Positions 14,738 through 23,998 of a stretch of DNA of 26,226 bases are shown here, piece after piece. Numbering within the stretch: position 1 is the stretch's first letter; every line of letters starts with the position of its first letter. The notes beneath the pieces are model-generated. The model was not told where the DNA came from, did no database searches, and saw nothing but the letters and a program-made list of their open reading frames with translations. The stretch spans positions 1-26,226 of IMG/VR virus record IMGVR_UViG_3300037782_000075. One strand, given 5' to 3'. The translations under genes were made by a program, and so were the position numbers. Origin of the DNA: a virus. Taxonomy: Duplodnaviria > Caudoviricetes.

Positions 14738-14905
14738 CTAAAACTCAATCAGTCTGTGATAAACCGCAGCACAAGCAAGCAAGAGCCATCTAGGGCAGTC
14801 AGCGTCATTTGCGTACTTGCTCCAAGTCTGTCGGCTGATCTCTAACTCAGCGGCCATACGCCTTGCGGAATACCCGCATTTGATTCGGTAATCTTCGATT
14901 GTCAT
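14738..14905 (-). CDS. Small XRE-type HTH protein (55 aa), not in the ORF track
   Basis: MTIEDYRIKCGYSARRMAAELEISRQTWSKY....PRWLLLACAAV; SD GGAG. Confidence 0.8.
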   Translation of the reverse strand: MTIEDYRIKCGYSARRMAAELEISRQTWSKYANDADCPRWLLLACAAVYHRLIEF

Positions 14906-14919
14906 GTTTGCTCCAAAGG

Positions 14920-14940
14920 AAAAGCCCGCCGAAGCGGGCT
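14920..14940 (-). terminator. Intrinsic terminator within the leftward moron
   Basis: Minus strand reads AGCCCGC-TTCG-GCGGGCT-TTTCCTTT (UUCG tetraloop), just after the 14945 stop. Confidence 0.8.
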
Positions 14941-14944
14941 AGGG

Positions 14945-15172
14945 TTAGGCGATAGCGTCCTCTATAGACGAAATTCGCTGATTAAGCTCATCAAGGCTCA
15001 TGCAAACCTCGATAGTGCCGTGAGTGTCGCCGATAGTCCAATAGGTTTCGGCTTCGAGCAGAACGCTCCCGTCAGAGGCGAGAATTTCGCGGCTCTGGCA
15101 CTCTTGAATGTCAAGAGTTTTGGACTTCATCGCTTCTGCGATAGCGAGGCATGTGGCGGAAAGTGTAAGCAT
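14945..15172 (-). CDS. Moron hypothetical protein (75 aa)
   Basis: Strong SD AAGGAGA; followed by a terminator. Confidence 0.75.
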   Translation of the reverse strand: MLTLSATCLAIAEAMKSKTLDIQECQSREILASDGSVLLEAETYWTIGDTHGTIEVCMSLDELNQRISSIEDAIA

Positions 15173-15186
15173 AATGAGTCTCCTTC

Positions 15187-15327
15187 TTATGCGTTAAGGG
15201 TTGTGATTTGAATGTTGTAACCGTCTGCTTCGTATGTGCGGGCAAATGAGCGAGCCCAGCTAGCGGCTTCGAAGTTCATTGTTACGACTGTTTTGCCTTT
15301 TGTTGCGGTCATCTTGTAAATGGTCAT
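15187..15327 (-). CDS. Moron hypothetical protein (46 aa, MTIYKMTATKG...TTLNA), not in the ORF track
   Basis: Translated by hand. SD GGAGA; directly downstream of a sigma70-like promoter. Confidence 0.75.
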   Translation of the reverse strand: MTIYKMTATKGKTVVTMNFEAASWARSFARTYEADGYNIQITTLNA

Positions 15328-15349
15328 TGGTCGGTCTCCGTTGCTGACA

Positions 15350-15383
15350 GAACTTATATGGCACATATGTGAGCCATTATCAA
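15350..15383 (-). promoter_or_regulatory. Moron promoter with palindromic operator
   Basis: Minus strand TTGATA-17 bp-CATATA(AG). The spacer contains the palindrome CACATATGTG (15362-15371). Confidence 0.65.
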
Positions 15384-15428
15384 GGGCTAATAGCCCAAAT
15401 TTGTGATTTTTCTTTAGGAGAGAGTGCT

Positions 15429-15635
15429 ATGAAGCTCACAATCAACAATAAGCAGATCGATCTTGCCGAATGGGGTGTTGACGTTCTCGGCACTTTCGCC
15501 GCGTTCTGGATCGCGTCTAAGTTTTTCATGCAAGCCGATACAACGGTTGCAGAGCAGCCTATCCCATTTGCGGTAAGCTTGGGCCTTGCCTTCGTGGCGT
15601 TCAAGGTACTGCGCCAGTGGAAAGCGTTTAGCTAA
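15429..15635 (+). CDS. Small two-TM membrane protein (holin candidate)
   Basis: SD AGGAGAG; two hydrophobic helices; short basic C-terminus. Confidence 0.65.
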   Translation: MKLTINNKQIDLAEWGVDVLGTFAAFWIASKFFMQADTTVAEQPIPFAVSLGLAFVAFKVLRQWKAFS

Positions 15636-15639
15636 TCCT

Positions 15640-15744
15640 ATGAGCGAAGAAGACCGCCTAGACCTGCTTGCAGTCGCCAGTTGGGCGCTCATACTGTTCT
15701 ATGCCGGGTTTATCACGTTTCAACTGGTGACGGGGAAGCTTTAA
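15640..15744 (+). CDS. Small single-TM protein (34 aa)
   Basis: MSEEDRLDLLAVASWALILFYAGFITFQLVTGKL fills the gap between its neighbours. Confidence 0.5.
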   Translation: MSEEDRLDLLAVASWALILFYAGFITFQLVTGKL

Positions 15745-15745
15745 G

Positions 15746-16018
15746 ATGAATACGATTGTATCCTCCCAGAAGAACCGCCGCGAGCGTATAGCCGAAGCTA
15801 TGCGGATCGAGTGGAACGGTTACACAGACACATTCACGCCTGAGCTTTGGGCTGCCGTTGCTTGTGAGATCGACATGATCCGCAATCACGGTGCAAGCTC
15901 TGGTGTCATCTATTTTGGCGGCAGTAAACACACACTCACTTTGACAGATCTTGAAAACTTGTGCGAACTGGCCCGCCAATCCTATCATAAGCAGCAAGAA
16001 GCAAAGGCGGTGCGATAA
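15746..16018 (+). CDS. Hypothetical protein
   Basis: Tiles the late operon; TAATG coupling to the next gene. Confidence 0.65.
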   Translation: MNTIVSSQKNRRERIAEAMRIEWNGYTDTFTPELWAAVACEIDMIRNHGASSGVIYFGGSKHTLTLTDLENLCELARQSYHKQQEAKAVR

Positions 16019-16233
16019 TGGCTAAGGTCATTGAGCTTGTGCCCGAAGAGGTGGGCGACAGCTACGCCTTCAATGCCGATCAAATCCTAGAGAATAACAA
16101 GGGCAAGTTTGAAAGCCTGGTTCTCATAGGTGAAGATGAAGACGGTGATCTTGTTATTTACTCAACGCATAATGTCGGAGTTGCTAACATCATGCTTGAT
16201 ATGGCCAAACAGCAACTGGTAGCGAGGGACTAA
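16018..16233 (+). CDS. Small acidic hypothetical protein
   Basis: TAATG-coupled on both sides, immediately upstream of terS. Confidence 0.75.
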   Translation: MAKVIELVPEEVGDSYAFNADQILENNKGKFESLVLIGEDEDGDLVIYSTHNVGVANIMLDMAKQQLVARD

Positions 16234-16643
16234 TGACCGGACGCCCACCGCTCTATGATGACCCTGCTTTGATGGAAGCCAAGATTGATCAGTACTTTGA
16301 TCGCATCGAGGCTGAAGGTGATATTCCGACGATTGCAGAGCTTGTTTATGAGTTGGGGTTTTGTGAGCGCGGGGCTCTGCTCTATTACGAGAAGAAGCCT
16401 GAGTTTTCCAGCACGGTAAAAAAAGCGCGGCTCAGAATTGAGAAGGATCGCACTAAGCGGCTGGTCTCTCAGGGCAATCCGACCGCTGGCCTAATCTTCG
16501 ATCTGGTCAACAATCACGGGTACAAAAACCCGCAGCATGTGAAGCACTCAGGCGACGAAGACAAAGACGCCAAGCCGATCAAGGTTCAACAGGTGGTATT
16601 AGCTGCCCCTGACATGGACTTACCTGAAAGCGATGACGACTGA
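16233..16643 (+). CDS. terS: Terminase small subunit (P22 gp3-like)
   Basis: GRP..Y.......I..YF, PTI..L...LG, IF.L.NN.GY motifs; directly upstream of terL. Confidence 0.85.
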   Translation: MTGRPPLYDDPALMEAKIDQYFDRIEAEGDIPTIAELVYELGFCERGALLYYEKKPEFSSTVKKARLRIEKDRTKRLVSQGNPTAGLIFDLVNNHGYKNPQHVKHSGDEDKDAKPIKVQQVVLAAPDMDLPESDDD

Positions 16644-17967
16644 ACACCGCATAGAGCTTCCTCCGAAGCTCCTTCCGGTATTCTCAGGTAAAGCTCGCTA
16701 CCGTGGCGCATACGGTGGGCGGGGCTCTGGTAAGACACGCAGCTTCGCAAAGATGGCTGCTGTTCAAGGCCTTATCGCTGCGAGCAATGGCGCGAGCGGG
16801 ATTATTCTTTGTGCTCGTGAGTACATGAACAGCCTTGATGATTCATCGATGGCGGAGGTGAAGGCCGCGATTGAGTCTGACGAGTGGCTGACGAGCAATT
16901 ACGAAATCGGCGAGAAGTATATCCGCACGGGCGACCACTTACCAGGCCGGGTAGATTTCAAGTTTGCTGGTTTGAACCGAAATCTGGATAGCCTCAAGTC
17001 GAAAGCGAAAATCATTCTGTGCTGGGTAGATGAGGCCGAGCCTGTCATCGAAACGGCATGGGTTAAGCTTATTCCTACGGTGCGCGAGCACGACTCAGAA
17101 ATCTGGGTGACATGGAACCCTGAAGCGAAGCGATCTGCGACACACCAGCGGTTCAGGCTTCATGCTACAGAAGACATGAAGATCGTTGAGCTGAACTGGC
17201 GGGATAACCCTTGGTTTCCGCAGGTGCTTGACCAGGAGCGCAGACGAGACAAGAAGGCTCGCCCTGAACAGTATGGTCACATTTGGGAAGGTGATTTTGC
17301 GACGGTCATTGAGGGCGCATATTATGCAGAGCATCTTGCGCTGGCAGAACGAAACGGACGCATCGGCAAACTCAAGCCTGACCAGCTTTTACCGATTTAC
17401 ACCTATCACGATATTGGCGGATCGGGTCGAAACGCTGACGCTTACGCTATCTGGGTTTGTCAGTTTGTTGATGATGAAATCAGACTGCTTGCTCATTACG
17501 AAGCACAAGGCCAAAGCCTGAAGTACCATGTTCGCTGGCTGCGTCGTTGGTGCGAAGAGCGAGACTTTAACAGAGTGGTTGTTCGCCTCCCACATGACGG
17601 GGTGTCAGAGGGCCAGGGCGTCACGGGGCTAAGGTATCAGGATCATTGGTCAGAGGCGTCAGACACACGCTTTGAGTTCGACGTTGATGTTATCCCGAAT
17701 ATGGGCAAGGGCGCGGCAATGCAGCGGATCGAGGCCGCTCGTCGGCTATTCCTTCGCATGTCGTTTGACAAAGAGCAGACAGAGGCGGGCCGGGAAGCGC
17801 TCGCACACTATCACGAGAAGATTGATGAACAGCGCGGGCTTGGCATGGGGCCGCTCCATGACTGGTCATCTCACACGGCGGATGCATTCGGCCTGATGGC
17901 CGTTGACTATTCGCCGCCGCAAAGAACGTCACTTTCACTAGAGGTTGAAGACTTTGGATATGTATAA
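16633..17967 (+). CDS. terL: Terminase large subunit (PBSX-type)
   Basis: Walker A GGRGSGKT, Walker B WVDEAE, TWNP, nuclease motifs LPHDG and HDWSSHTADAF. Confidence 0.95.
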   Translation: MTTEHRIELPPKLLPVFSGKARYRGAYGGRGSGKTRSFAKMAAVQGLIAASNGASGIILCAREYMNSLDDSSMAEVKAAIESDEWLTSNYEIGEKYIRTGDHLPGRVDFKFAGLNRNLDSLKSKAKIILCWVDEAEPVIETAWVKLIPTVREHDSEIWVTWNPEAKRSATHQRFRLHATEDMKIVELNWRDNPWFPQVLDQERRRDKKARPEQYGHIWEGDFATVIEGAYYAEHLALAERNGRIGKLKPDQLLPIYTYHDIGGSGRNADAYAIWVCQFVDDEIRLLAHYEAQGQSLKYHVRWLRRWCEERDFNRVVVRLPHDGVSEGQGVTGLRYQDHWSEASDTRFEFDVDVIPNMGKGAAMQRIEAARRLFLRMSFDKEQTEAGREALAHYHEKIDEQRGLGMGPLHDWSSHTADAFGLMAVDYSPPQRTSLSLEVEDFGYV

Positions 17968-20095
17968 GTCAGAGCCTGAGAAGGGCGACGACGAAAACCC
18001 ACAAACAGAGCGCTTTGAAGGGCTCAAAATCAGCGAGACAGAGCTTTTGTCTGCCCTGAAGGCAGAACGGCTCAACTCAATTGGCTTTGAAGACAATGGC
18101 GACATTGAAGAACAGCGCGAGCAGGCTCTTGAGTATATCAAGGGCGAGATGACGGATGTTCCGTCACGCAAGAACCGTTCTTCTGTTGTGGCGTCTGACG
18201 TTGCGGATGCGATTGAGACGGCGATGCCGGATCTTATGGAGATTTTCACGGGCGGTGAAGACGTGGGCACGTTCAAGCCGCAGGGTCCAGAAGACGAAGA
18301 GCAGAGCAAGCTTGAAACTGATTACGTCAATGAAGTGATATTTGACCAGAACCCCGGCTTTATGGTGCTCGAGACCGCCTTACGCGACGCGCTGGAGATC
18401 AAGACGGGGCTTATCAAGTTTCATTGGGCAAACGGTGAGGCGTCAGAAGAATCCTATCAGGGCAAGACGGCTGAGGAGCTAATGCTTGCGGCGGAGAGCG
18501 CTGAGATTGAGGACGTTGAAGAGGTAGAAGGCCCGGAAGGCTTGCCGCTCTATAACTTCACGGCGCGGATGCAAGAGCCTGGAAGGTGCGTGATCGAAGC
18601 GGTTGATCCGCAGAATTTCGGGGTCTCGCCTGATACTGTTTTGATTGAAGACACGCCATATTGCATAGAGCGGTCATTTCCGCGCGCGTTCCAGTTGATC
18701 GATGAAGGTTATGATGCAGACATGGTGCAGATGCTTGCGCCAAGTGCTGAGGCTGAAGACGATGAACAGGCCCGCGCTCGTGACACTGTAGACGAGACAG
18801 ACGACAGCCACGGCATTTATACGGATACGCGCCGGATCGTTGAGGTGCATACGCACACGATCCGCATTGATGGTGATCAGGACGGGCAAACAGAGCTTTG
18901 GTGCGTTGTCACAGACAGCGAAGAGTCGCTTATCCTGGACGCCTACAAAAAGAACCGCGTTGGGTATGCTTCGGGTTCGCCATATCGCCGCGCTCATAGG
19001 TTTTATGGGTTCTCGCTGGCGGATAAGCTTATCGAGGTTCAGAAGATCAAGACAAGCTTGATGCGTATGCTCTTGGACAACGGCTATTTTGCTCTGAATC
19101 AGCGCATGGAAGTTGCTGAGACGAAGGCGAGCAAAAACACGATAGCGGACTTGCTCCGCAATGAGCCGGGTTTGCCTGTTCGCTCCAAGACGGGTGACGC
19201 TGTGCGGCCAATCAGTGCGGGCGGCATTAATTGGGATATTACTGGGGCGCTTGAATACTTCTCCACGGTTGCAGAGCAGCGCACGGGTATCGCTCGAAAC
19301 GCTCAAGGTCTGAACCCTGACACGCTTCACGACACTGCTAAGGGCGCTATGGCGCTTATGAACGCCGCTCAGAGACGTTTGCGCATGATTGCGAGGGTTT
19401 TAGCCGAAACGCTCGTGAAGGGGCTGTTTGTGGGCGTTCACGGCGAGATTAGAGACCATGCGAGCCAAGCGATGCAAGCGCGGGTGAATGGGCGGTGGAT
19501 GGCAATCGATCCGACGAGCTGGGGCAACCGCTCTGACATGACGATTGAAGTCGGCGTTGGTTCTGGTGGTCGTGAGATGGAAGTTGCTGCGATTATGCAG
19601 GTGATTGCGCTTCAGAAAGAGGCTCTGGAAGCGCAGGCTGCGGGGATAATTGGCGCGCCTATGGTGTCGCCTCAAAATCTTTATGCGTCAGCCAGCCGAT
19701 TGATTGAGCGGTTAGGGCTTAAAGCGCCAGAGCGTTACTTTACGGACCCGGCGCAAGCTGCGCAGCAAATGCAGGGGCAGCCAGAAGGGCCGAGCCCTGA
19801 AGAGCAGGCCGCTATGGCTGAGATGCAGATGAAGCAACAGGCTCAACAGGCCGACATTCAGCTTCAGCAAGCTAAAGCGCAAGCGGATGCGGAAGCGGCG
19901 CGAGAAAAGAATGCTTTGGATATTCAGTTGGCTCAGGAAAAGGCGCAGGCTGAGTTGCAATTGGCGCGTGAGCGCATGGCGGCAGAAATGCAGTTGGCGC
20001 GAGAAAAGGCTATGATGGAAGCTCAGATTAGGGCCGAGACGGCAGCGAATGCCAACCTGACGGATAATCGTCCAGGCGGAAGCCTCGCACAATGA
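17960..20095 (+). CDS. Portal protein with long C-terminal helical barrel (P22-like)
   Basis: About 710 aa following terL; Q/A/E-rich heptad C-terminus. Confidence 0.9.
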   Translation: MYKSEPEKGDDENPQTERFEGLKISETELLSALKAERLNSIGFEDNGDIEEQREQALEYIKGEMTDVPSRKNRSSVVASDVADAIETAMPDLMEIFTGGEDVGTFKPQGPEDEEQSKLETDYVNEVIFDQNPGFMVLETALRDALEIKTGLIKFHWANGEASEESYQGKTAEELMLAAESAEIEDVEEVEGPEGLPLYNFTARMQEPGRCVIEAVDPQNFGVSPDTVLIEDTPYCIERSFPRAFQLIDEGYDADMVQMLAPSAEAEDDEQARARDTVDETDDSHGIYTDTRRIVEVHTHTIRIDGDQDGQTELWCVVTDSEESLILDAYKKNRVGYASGSPYRRAHRFYGFSLADKLIEVQKIKTSLMRMLLDNGYFALNQRMEVAETKASKNTIADLLRNEPGLPVRSKTGDAVRPISAGGINWDITGALEYFSTVAEQRTGIARNAQGLNPDTLHDTAKGAMALMNAAQRRLRMIARVLAETLVKGLFVGVHGEIRDHASQAMQARVNGRWMAIDPTSWGNRSDMTIEVGVGSGGREMEVAAIMQVIALQKEALEAQAAGIIGAPMVSPQNLYASASRLIERLGLKAPERYFTDPAQAAQQMQGQPEGPSPEEQAAMAEMQMKQQAQQADIQLQQAKAQADAEAAREKNALDIQLAQEKAQAELQLARERMAAEMQLAREKAMMEAQIRAETAANANLTDNRPGGSLAQ

Positions 20096-20325
20096 GCGAG
20101 ACCCAGCGCAGAGCGCGCAAAGCGAAACATGAGCTAGAGCTGACGGCGGAGGCGTTCACGGCGCTTCGTATTCGGCACATTAAAGAGATTTTGGAGGCTA
20201 CGAGCCCCGGAGAGGCGTATGACGGCGTTCTGGCTGTTCGTGCGCTGGATAGCGTTGCTGCGAGCTTGCAGAGCCTCAGTGACACAGCATTAATCGAAGA
20301 AGAGGCAGAAGCGTATGCTGAATGA
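20092..20325 (+). CDS. Small helical protein between portal and scaffold
   Basis: Coupled start; typical position in podovirus head modules. Confidence 0.7.
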   Translation: MSETQRRARKAKHELELTAEAFTALRIRHIKEILEATSPGEAYDGVLAVRALDSVAASLQSLSDTALIEEEAEAYAE

Positions 20326-21331
20326 GCAAGAGCAGTCATTCGACAGCGTTGACGAGTGGGTAGAGTCCCGCCGTGCGGCGCGTGAACAGGCGGCAGAGGT
20401 TCAAGAAGTAGAGACCGAAAAGATTGAAGCAGAGGCTGAAGAAGCCCCTGCGGAAGAAGAGATTTCCGAAGCTGACCCGGCGACGGAAGAAGACCTAGAA
20501 GCGTCTGAACAGGATAGCGACGAGGTTGATGAACCAGCGGAAGCAGAAGAGACACCGGCAGCCCCGGCAGTTGAGCCACCGCAACACTTGAAGGGTAATG
20601 AGCGTGACGAGTTCGCAAAGCTCCCCGCTGAAGCGCAGGCCATGGTGGTTCGCTTGGCGAAGGATGGTGAAGGACTGGTCACAAAAAAATCGCAGGAACT
20701 TTCATACACACGTCAGCAATTAGAGCAGCGTCTTGAGGGTCTGAGCGAGTTCATCAGTGAGAAAGAGGCGGCTGTTCAATACTACGAAAATGTAGATTGG
20801 GTAGCGGCAGCGCAGCAATTGAGTCCGCAGGAATACCAGCAACACAAAGCAGCGCATGAATCACTGAAAGCGCAATTAACGGAAGCGAAGCACAAGCAGG
20901 GTGAGGCCGAGGTGGCTGAACACCGCGAGTTTGTGTCTGAGCGTACTTCACAACTGACTGAGATGGCTGCGGAGAACCCAATAGCTAAGGCATTGGTTGA
21001 TCCAAAAGAGGGCATTAACCGTCAGAAAGAGGTGTTCCAGTACATGCAGAAGAACGGCATGACGCACGAAACCCTGATGTGGGTTCCGGCTGAAGGTCTG
21101 ACGATGGCTTACAAGGCCATGATGTATGACAAGGGCACCCAGAAGGCGAAAGAGCTTCCGCAAAAAGGCGCAACCCCTAAAGCACCTGCCCCGAAGGTTG
21201 TGAGGTCCACACCTACGGCGTCGCAGGGTTCGTCAACAAGTAAGAGGTTGAAGCAGCTTCAGGGCAAGTCTGAACTAAGTGCAGGCGAGTTCAAGGAGTT
21301 GCAGCGCCTCAAACGTTCTAAAAGGAAATAG
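20315..21331 (+). CDS. Capsid scaffolding protein
   Basis: Very acidic N-terminus, helical core, basic C-terminus; immediately upstream of the major capsid gene. Confidence 0.8.
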   Translation: MLNEQEQSFDSVDEWVESRRAAREQAAEVQEVETEKIEAEAEEAPAEEEISEADPATEEDLEASEQDSDEVDEPAEAEETPAAPAVEPPQHLKGNERDEFAKLPAEAQAMVVRLAKDGEGLVTKKSQELSYTRQQLEQRLEGLSEFISEKEAAVQYYENVDWVAAAQQLSPQEYQQHKAAHESLKAQLTEAKHKQGEAEVAEHREFVSERTSQLTEMAAENPIAKALVDPKEGINRQKEVFQYMQKNGMTHETLMWVPAEGLTMAYKAMMYDKGTQKAKELPQKGATPKAPAPKVVRSTPTASQGSSTSKRLKQLQGKSELSAGEFKELQRLKRSKRK

Positions 21332-21335
21332 AACA

Positions 21336-22289
21336 ATGGCTGCTGAAGCTAATACCCATTTGGAGGCCGCGACAGTCGGCATCCGCGAAGACCTGGAAGA
21401 TTCCATCTATCGGGTCGCTGCCGAGGAAACCCCGTTTTCTAACAATATCGGCAAAATGAAGATCAAAGGCACGTATCACGAGCACCAGACTGAAGACCTG
21501 GCGACTCCTGACGCGACGAATGCACAGCTTGAAGGTGATCAAGCCACAATTCAGGCCGCGCATACGACAACTCGTGTTTCTATGCGCCCGCAGATCTTCA
21601 ACAAAACTGGCGCTGTTTCTCGTACCAACCAAGTCAATGACCGGGCTGGACGTGAGGACACGCTCGACGAGCAGAAGATGATCAAGGGCATTGAGCTGCG
21701 CCGCGATTGTGAAGCTCGCTTTATCGGAAACTATGCCTCAAATGCTGAATCTGGTTCTACGCCGCGCCGCACTGCTGGTGCTCTGGCTTGGATTGCTGAT
21801 CATGATAGTTTTGGGTCTGGTGGCGCGTCTGGTGGTTACTCTTCGGGTGACACCGCAGCGGCAACGAACGGAACACAGCGCTCGTCTTCTGAAGCGCTCG
21901 TTAAGGCCGTTCTAGCGACCGCGTTCTCTAACGGTGCTCGTATGTCTCAGGCTTATATGTCTGGTACGCACAAGCAGGAGTTCAGCGCGTTTTCTGGCAT
22001 TGCTGAAACGCGTGTGACTACAAGTTCAGCGAAGCAGACGAAAATCATCGGTGCGGCTGATGTGTATGTGTCGGACTTCGGCAATATTACCCTGATCCCG
22101 CATCCATATGGCCTGACCCGTGACATGCTTCTCATCGATCCTTCGGGCTGGGCAGTTGGCACTTATGACGGTGTGAAGACTGAGCCACTCGCGAAAATTG
22201 GTGACTCTGACCGCTTCTTGATGACAGCGGAAAAAGGTCTGGTTTGTAAGAACCAGCGCAAAGGCGCGGCGATCCGCGACCTGACTTAA
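21336..22289 (+). CDS. Major capsid protein (DUF5309/SU10-like)
   Basis: GIREDL.D.I......TPF, NAQLEG, QIF.K...VS.T, K..ELRRD.E, LAK.GDS motifs; SD AAGGA. Confidence 0.88.
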   Translation: MAAEANTHLEAATVGIREDLEDSIYRVAAEETPFSNNIGKMKIKGTYHEHQTEDLATPDATNAQLEGDQATIQAAHTTTRVSMRPQIFNKTGAVSRTNQVNDRAGREDTLDEQKMIKGIELRRDCEARFIGNYASNAESGSTPRRTAGALAWIADHDSFGSGGASGGYSSGDTAAATNGTQRSSSEALVKAVLATAFSNGARMSQAYMSGTHKQEFSAFSGIAETRVTTSSAKQTKIIGAADVYVSDFGNITLIPHPYGLTRDMLLIDPSGWAVGTYDGVKTEPLAKIGDSDRFLMTAEKGLVCKNQRKGAAIRDLT

Positions 22290-22295
22290 TCGATT

Positions 22296-22315
22296 GGGGG
22301 CCTAGTGCCCCCTTT
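22296..22315 (+). terminator. Probably leaky terminator after the capsid gene
   Basis: GGGGGC-CTAGT-GCCCCC followed by only TTT. Confidence 0.6.
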
Positions 22316-22336
22316 CCCCCATTGAATGAGGATTAC

Positions 22337-22834
22337 ATGAGCGAACGAGAACAGCTTTACAAACTAGCCAAAGACAGCGGGCTAGATGCGCATTCTCGGC
22401 ACGGTGTGCCAAAATTGCGCGAGATGCTTGCTGAGGCAGAGATTGATGCCTCTCATATTGAGGCGGCGTCTGAAGCGCCCGCTCAAGAAGAGGTTAAGAT
22501 TTCGCCTGAAGAGGTGCTTCACAACAAGCTCACGGCTTACGGTGTGCCAGAAGACCAGCACAAAAAGACATTGCCAGACCTGGAGGCGCAATTGAAGCGT
22601 GTTCTGGCCGCTCGTGCAAAGGCCGCTGAGAAGCGGAAAATGGCAGACGAAGGCGATTATTACGGCAAGACAGCCAAGGTTCGGATTACCCGCATGGGTG
22701 ATGATCTGGTTGGCACTGGCGAATATATCGCGGGCATTGGTAATCTTTGTTATGCGGCGGGCGAAGAGCCCGAATTACCATTGAAAACGGCTGAAGAGCT
22801 TCAAGACCGTGGCCTTGTGGAGATTATGGCATGA
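22337..22834 (+). CDS. Hypothetical protein with HeH/LEM-like small helical repeats
   Basis: SD GAGGA; two L...A/L...G...L..L motifs. Confidence 0.7.
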   Translation: MSEREQLYKLAKDSGLDAHSRHGVPKLREMLAEAEIDASHIEAASEAPAQEEVKISPEEVLHNKLTAYGVPEDQHKKTLPDLEAQLKRVLAARAKAAEKRKMADEGDYYGKTAKVRITRMGDDLVGTGEYIAGIGNLCYAAGEEPELPLKTAEELQDRGLVEIMA

Positions 22835-23043
22835 GTGAAGAAATTGAAGTAACGGGCCGTGAGGCCCTTGTTGCAGAGTTGCAAGCGTTTGGTGTGTCTG
22901 AGGGCTATATCAAGCCGCATTGGTCTGAGACCCGGATTCAACAAGACATCCTAATGCACACGAAGCAGAAAGCAGCTCGCGAAGCGATGCTTGCGGGCAA
23001 GGCTCCCGGTGCGGTTGGGGCCGTTGAAGATGCCAGCGAATAA
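22831..23043 (+). CDS. Hypothetical protein (70 aa)
   Basis: ATGA-coupled; similar small helical motif. Confidence 0.65.
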   Translation: MSEEIEVTGREALVAELQAFGVSEGYIKPHWSETRIQQDILMHTKQKAAREAMLAGKAPGAVGAVEDASE

Positions 23044-23368
23044 GCCTGCGGGCTTTAATCCGTTCTACAAATCCTCTCAGGGCATTCAGTGGTATCGCCG
23101 CAATAATGGTGATGGCACGGTGTCCTACTCGTTCAACGAAGACGTTGAGCCGTTGCTTGATCAAAACAAGCGCATGGCGACGCATAATGACGGTTGGATG
23201 AGTGAGAAATGGGGACGCCGTGCGGCTCGTATTCCTATGAGCATTTGGCTGAAATGGCTGAACGAAGAGGGTTGGGACTGCTTCGACCCGCGTTATTCGG
23301 ACAAGCTGAAGCAGAAATTGAATGACCCGGATTGGCGGCATTTAAGAACGGCTGATTGGAGGCTCTAG
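23030..23368 (+). CDS. Conserved-looking phage head-module protein
   Basis: DVEP.LD.NK, AARIP.....W, LNDPD...LRT pattern; likely start MPANKP. Confidence 0.75.
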   Translation: MPANKPAGFNPFYKSSQGIQWYRRNNGDGTVSYSFNEDVEPLLDQNKRMATHNDGWMSEKWGRRAARIPMSIWLKWLNEEGWDCFDPRYSDKLKQKLNDPDWRHLRTADWRL

Positions 23369-23369
23369 G

Positions 23370-23996
23370 GTGGCATTAGACACATACGCCAATCTTCAAA
23401 CGTCCATTCTGAAATGGCTTTGGCGTACAGGCGACACAGAGACGACCGCTTATGTGACGGATATGATTGAGCTTGCAGAAGCTTATTTTAATCGTCGGCT
23501 ACGGGTGCGGGACATGGAGGCGGTTGCAGATTCCGGCTCCACTACGGTCACGGCGGGTGTTGCGACACTTCCGAGTGACTTTAGGGCGGTTGTGTCTGTT
23601 CGGGAAACAGCGTCTGAGCATTATCAGATCAAGCCTAAGCCGATGGATCAACTCGAAATGTATGAGGATCTGACGAGCGGCAAAGTGCAGTTTTATGATG
23701 TGCTGGGCGGAGAGCTTCACTTTTGGCCGCGTGTCGATACGACTGTGAGGCTTCGTTATCTGCAAGCGATCCCGGCTTTGTCGGTGAGCAACACGAGCAA
23801 TTGGTTGCTTGAGAAGCACCCTGACGCTTATCTCTATCAGGCTTTAGCGTGTGGCGAGGCGTTCAATATGAACGATAGCCGCGTTGCGATGTGGAAAGCC
23901 AAAGCGGAGCAGGCGATAGACCAGATTGAGCAAGAGGATATTCACTTGCATCAGGACGCTTTGACGCCGACCGTTTCAACGGGTGTGGCGGTCTAG
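23370..23996 (+). CDS. Head-tail adaptor protein
   Basis: MAL.TY..L...I..WL.R, I.LAEA...R.LR...ME, SNWLL..HPD.YLY motifs; positional support. Confidence 0.8.
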   Translation: MALDTYANLQTSILKWLWRTGDTETTAYVTDMIELAEAYFNRRLRVRDMEAVADSGSTTVTAGVATLPSDFRAVVSVRETASEHYQIKPKPMDQLEMYEDLTSGKVQFYDVLGGELHFWPRVDTTVRLRYLQAIPALSVSNTSNWLLEKHPDAYLYQALACGEAFNMNDSRVAMWKAKAEQAIDQIEQEDIHLHQDALTPTVSTGVAV

Positions 23997-23998
23997 AT

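Noticed and set aside
16415-16426. A7 run in terS as a programmed frameshift site
   Set aside because: The ORF is complete in one frame and overlaps terL normally; no stimulatory structure was noticed.
18674-20709. Long antisense ORFs opposite portal and scaffold (e.g. 218 aa, 196 aa)
   Set aside because: Shadow frames of strongly biased coding sequence, with no SD or recognisable motifs.
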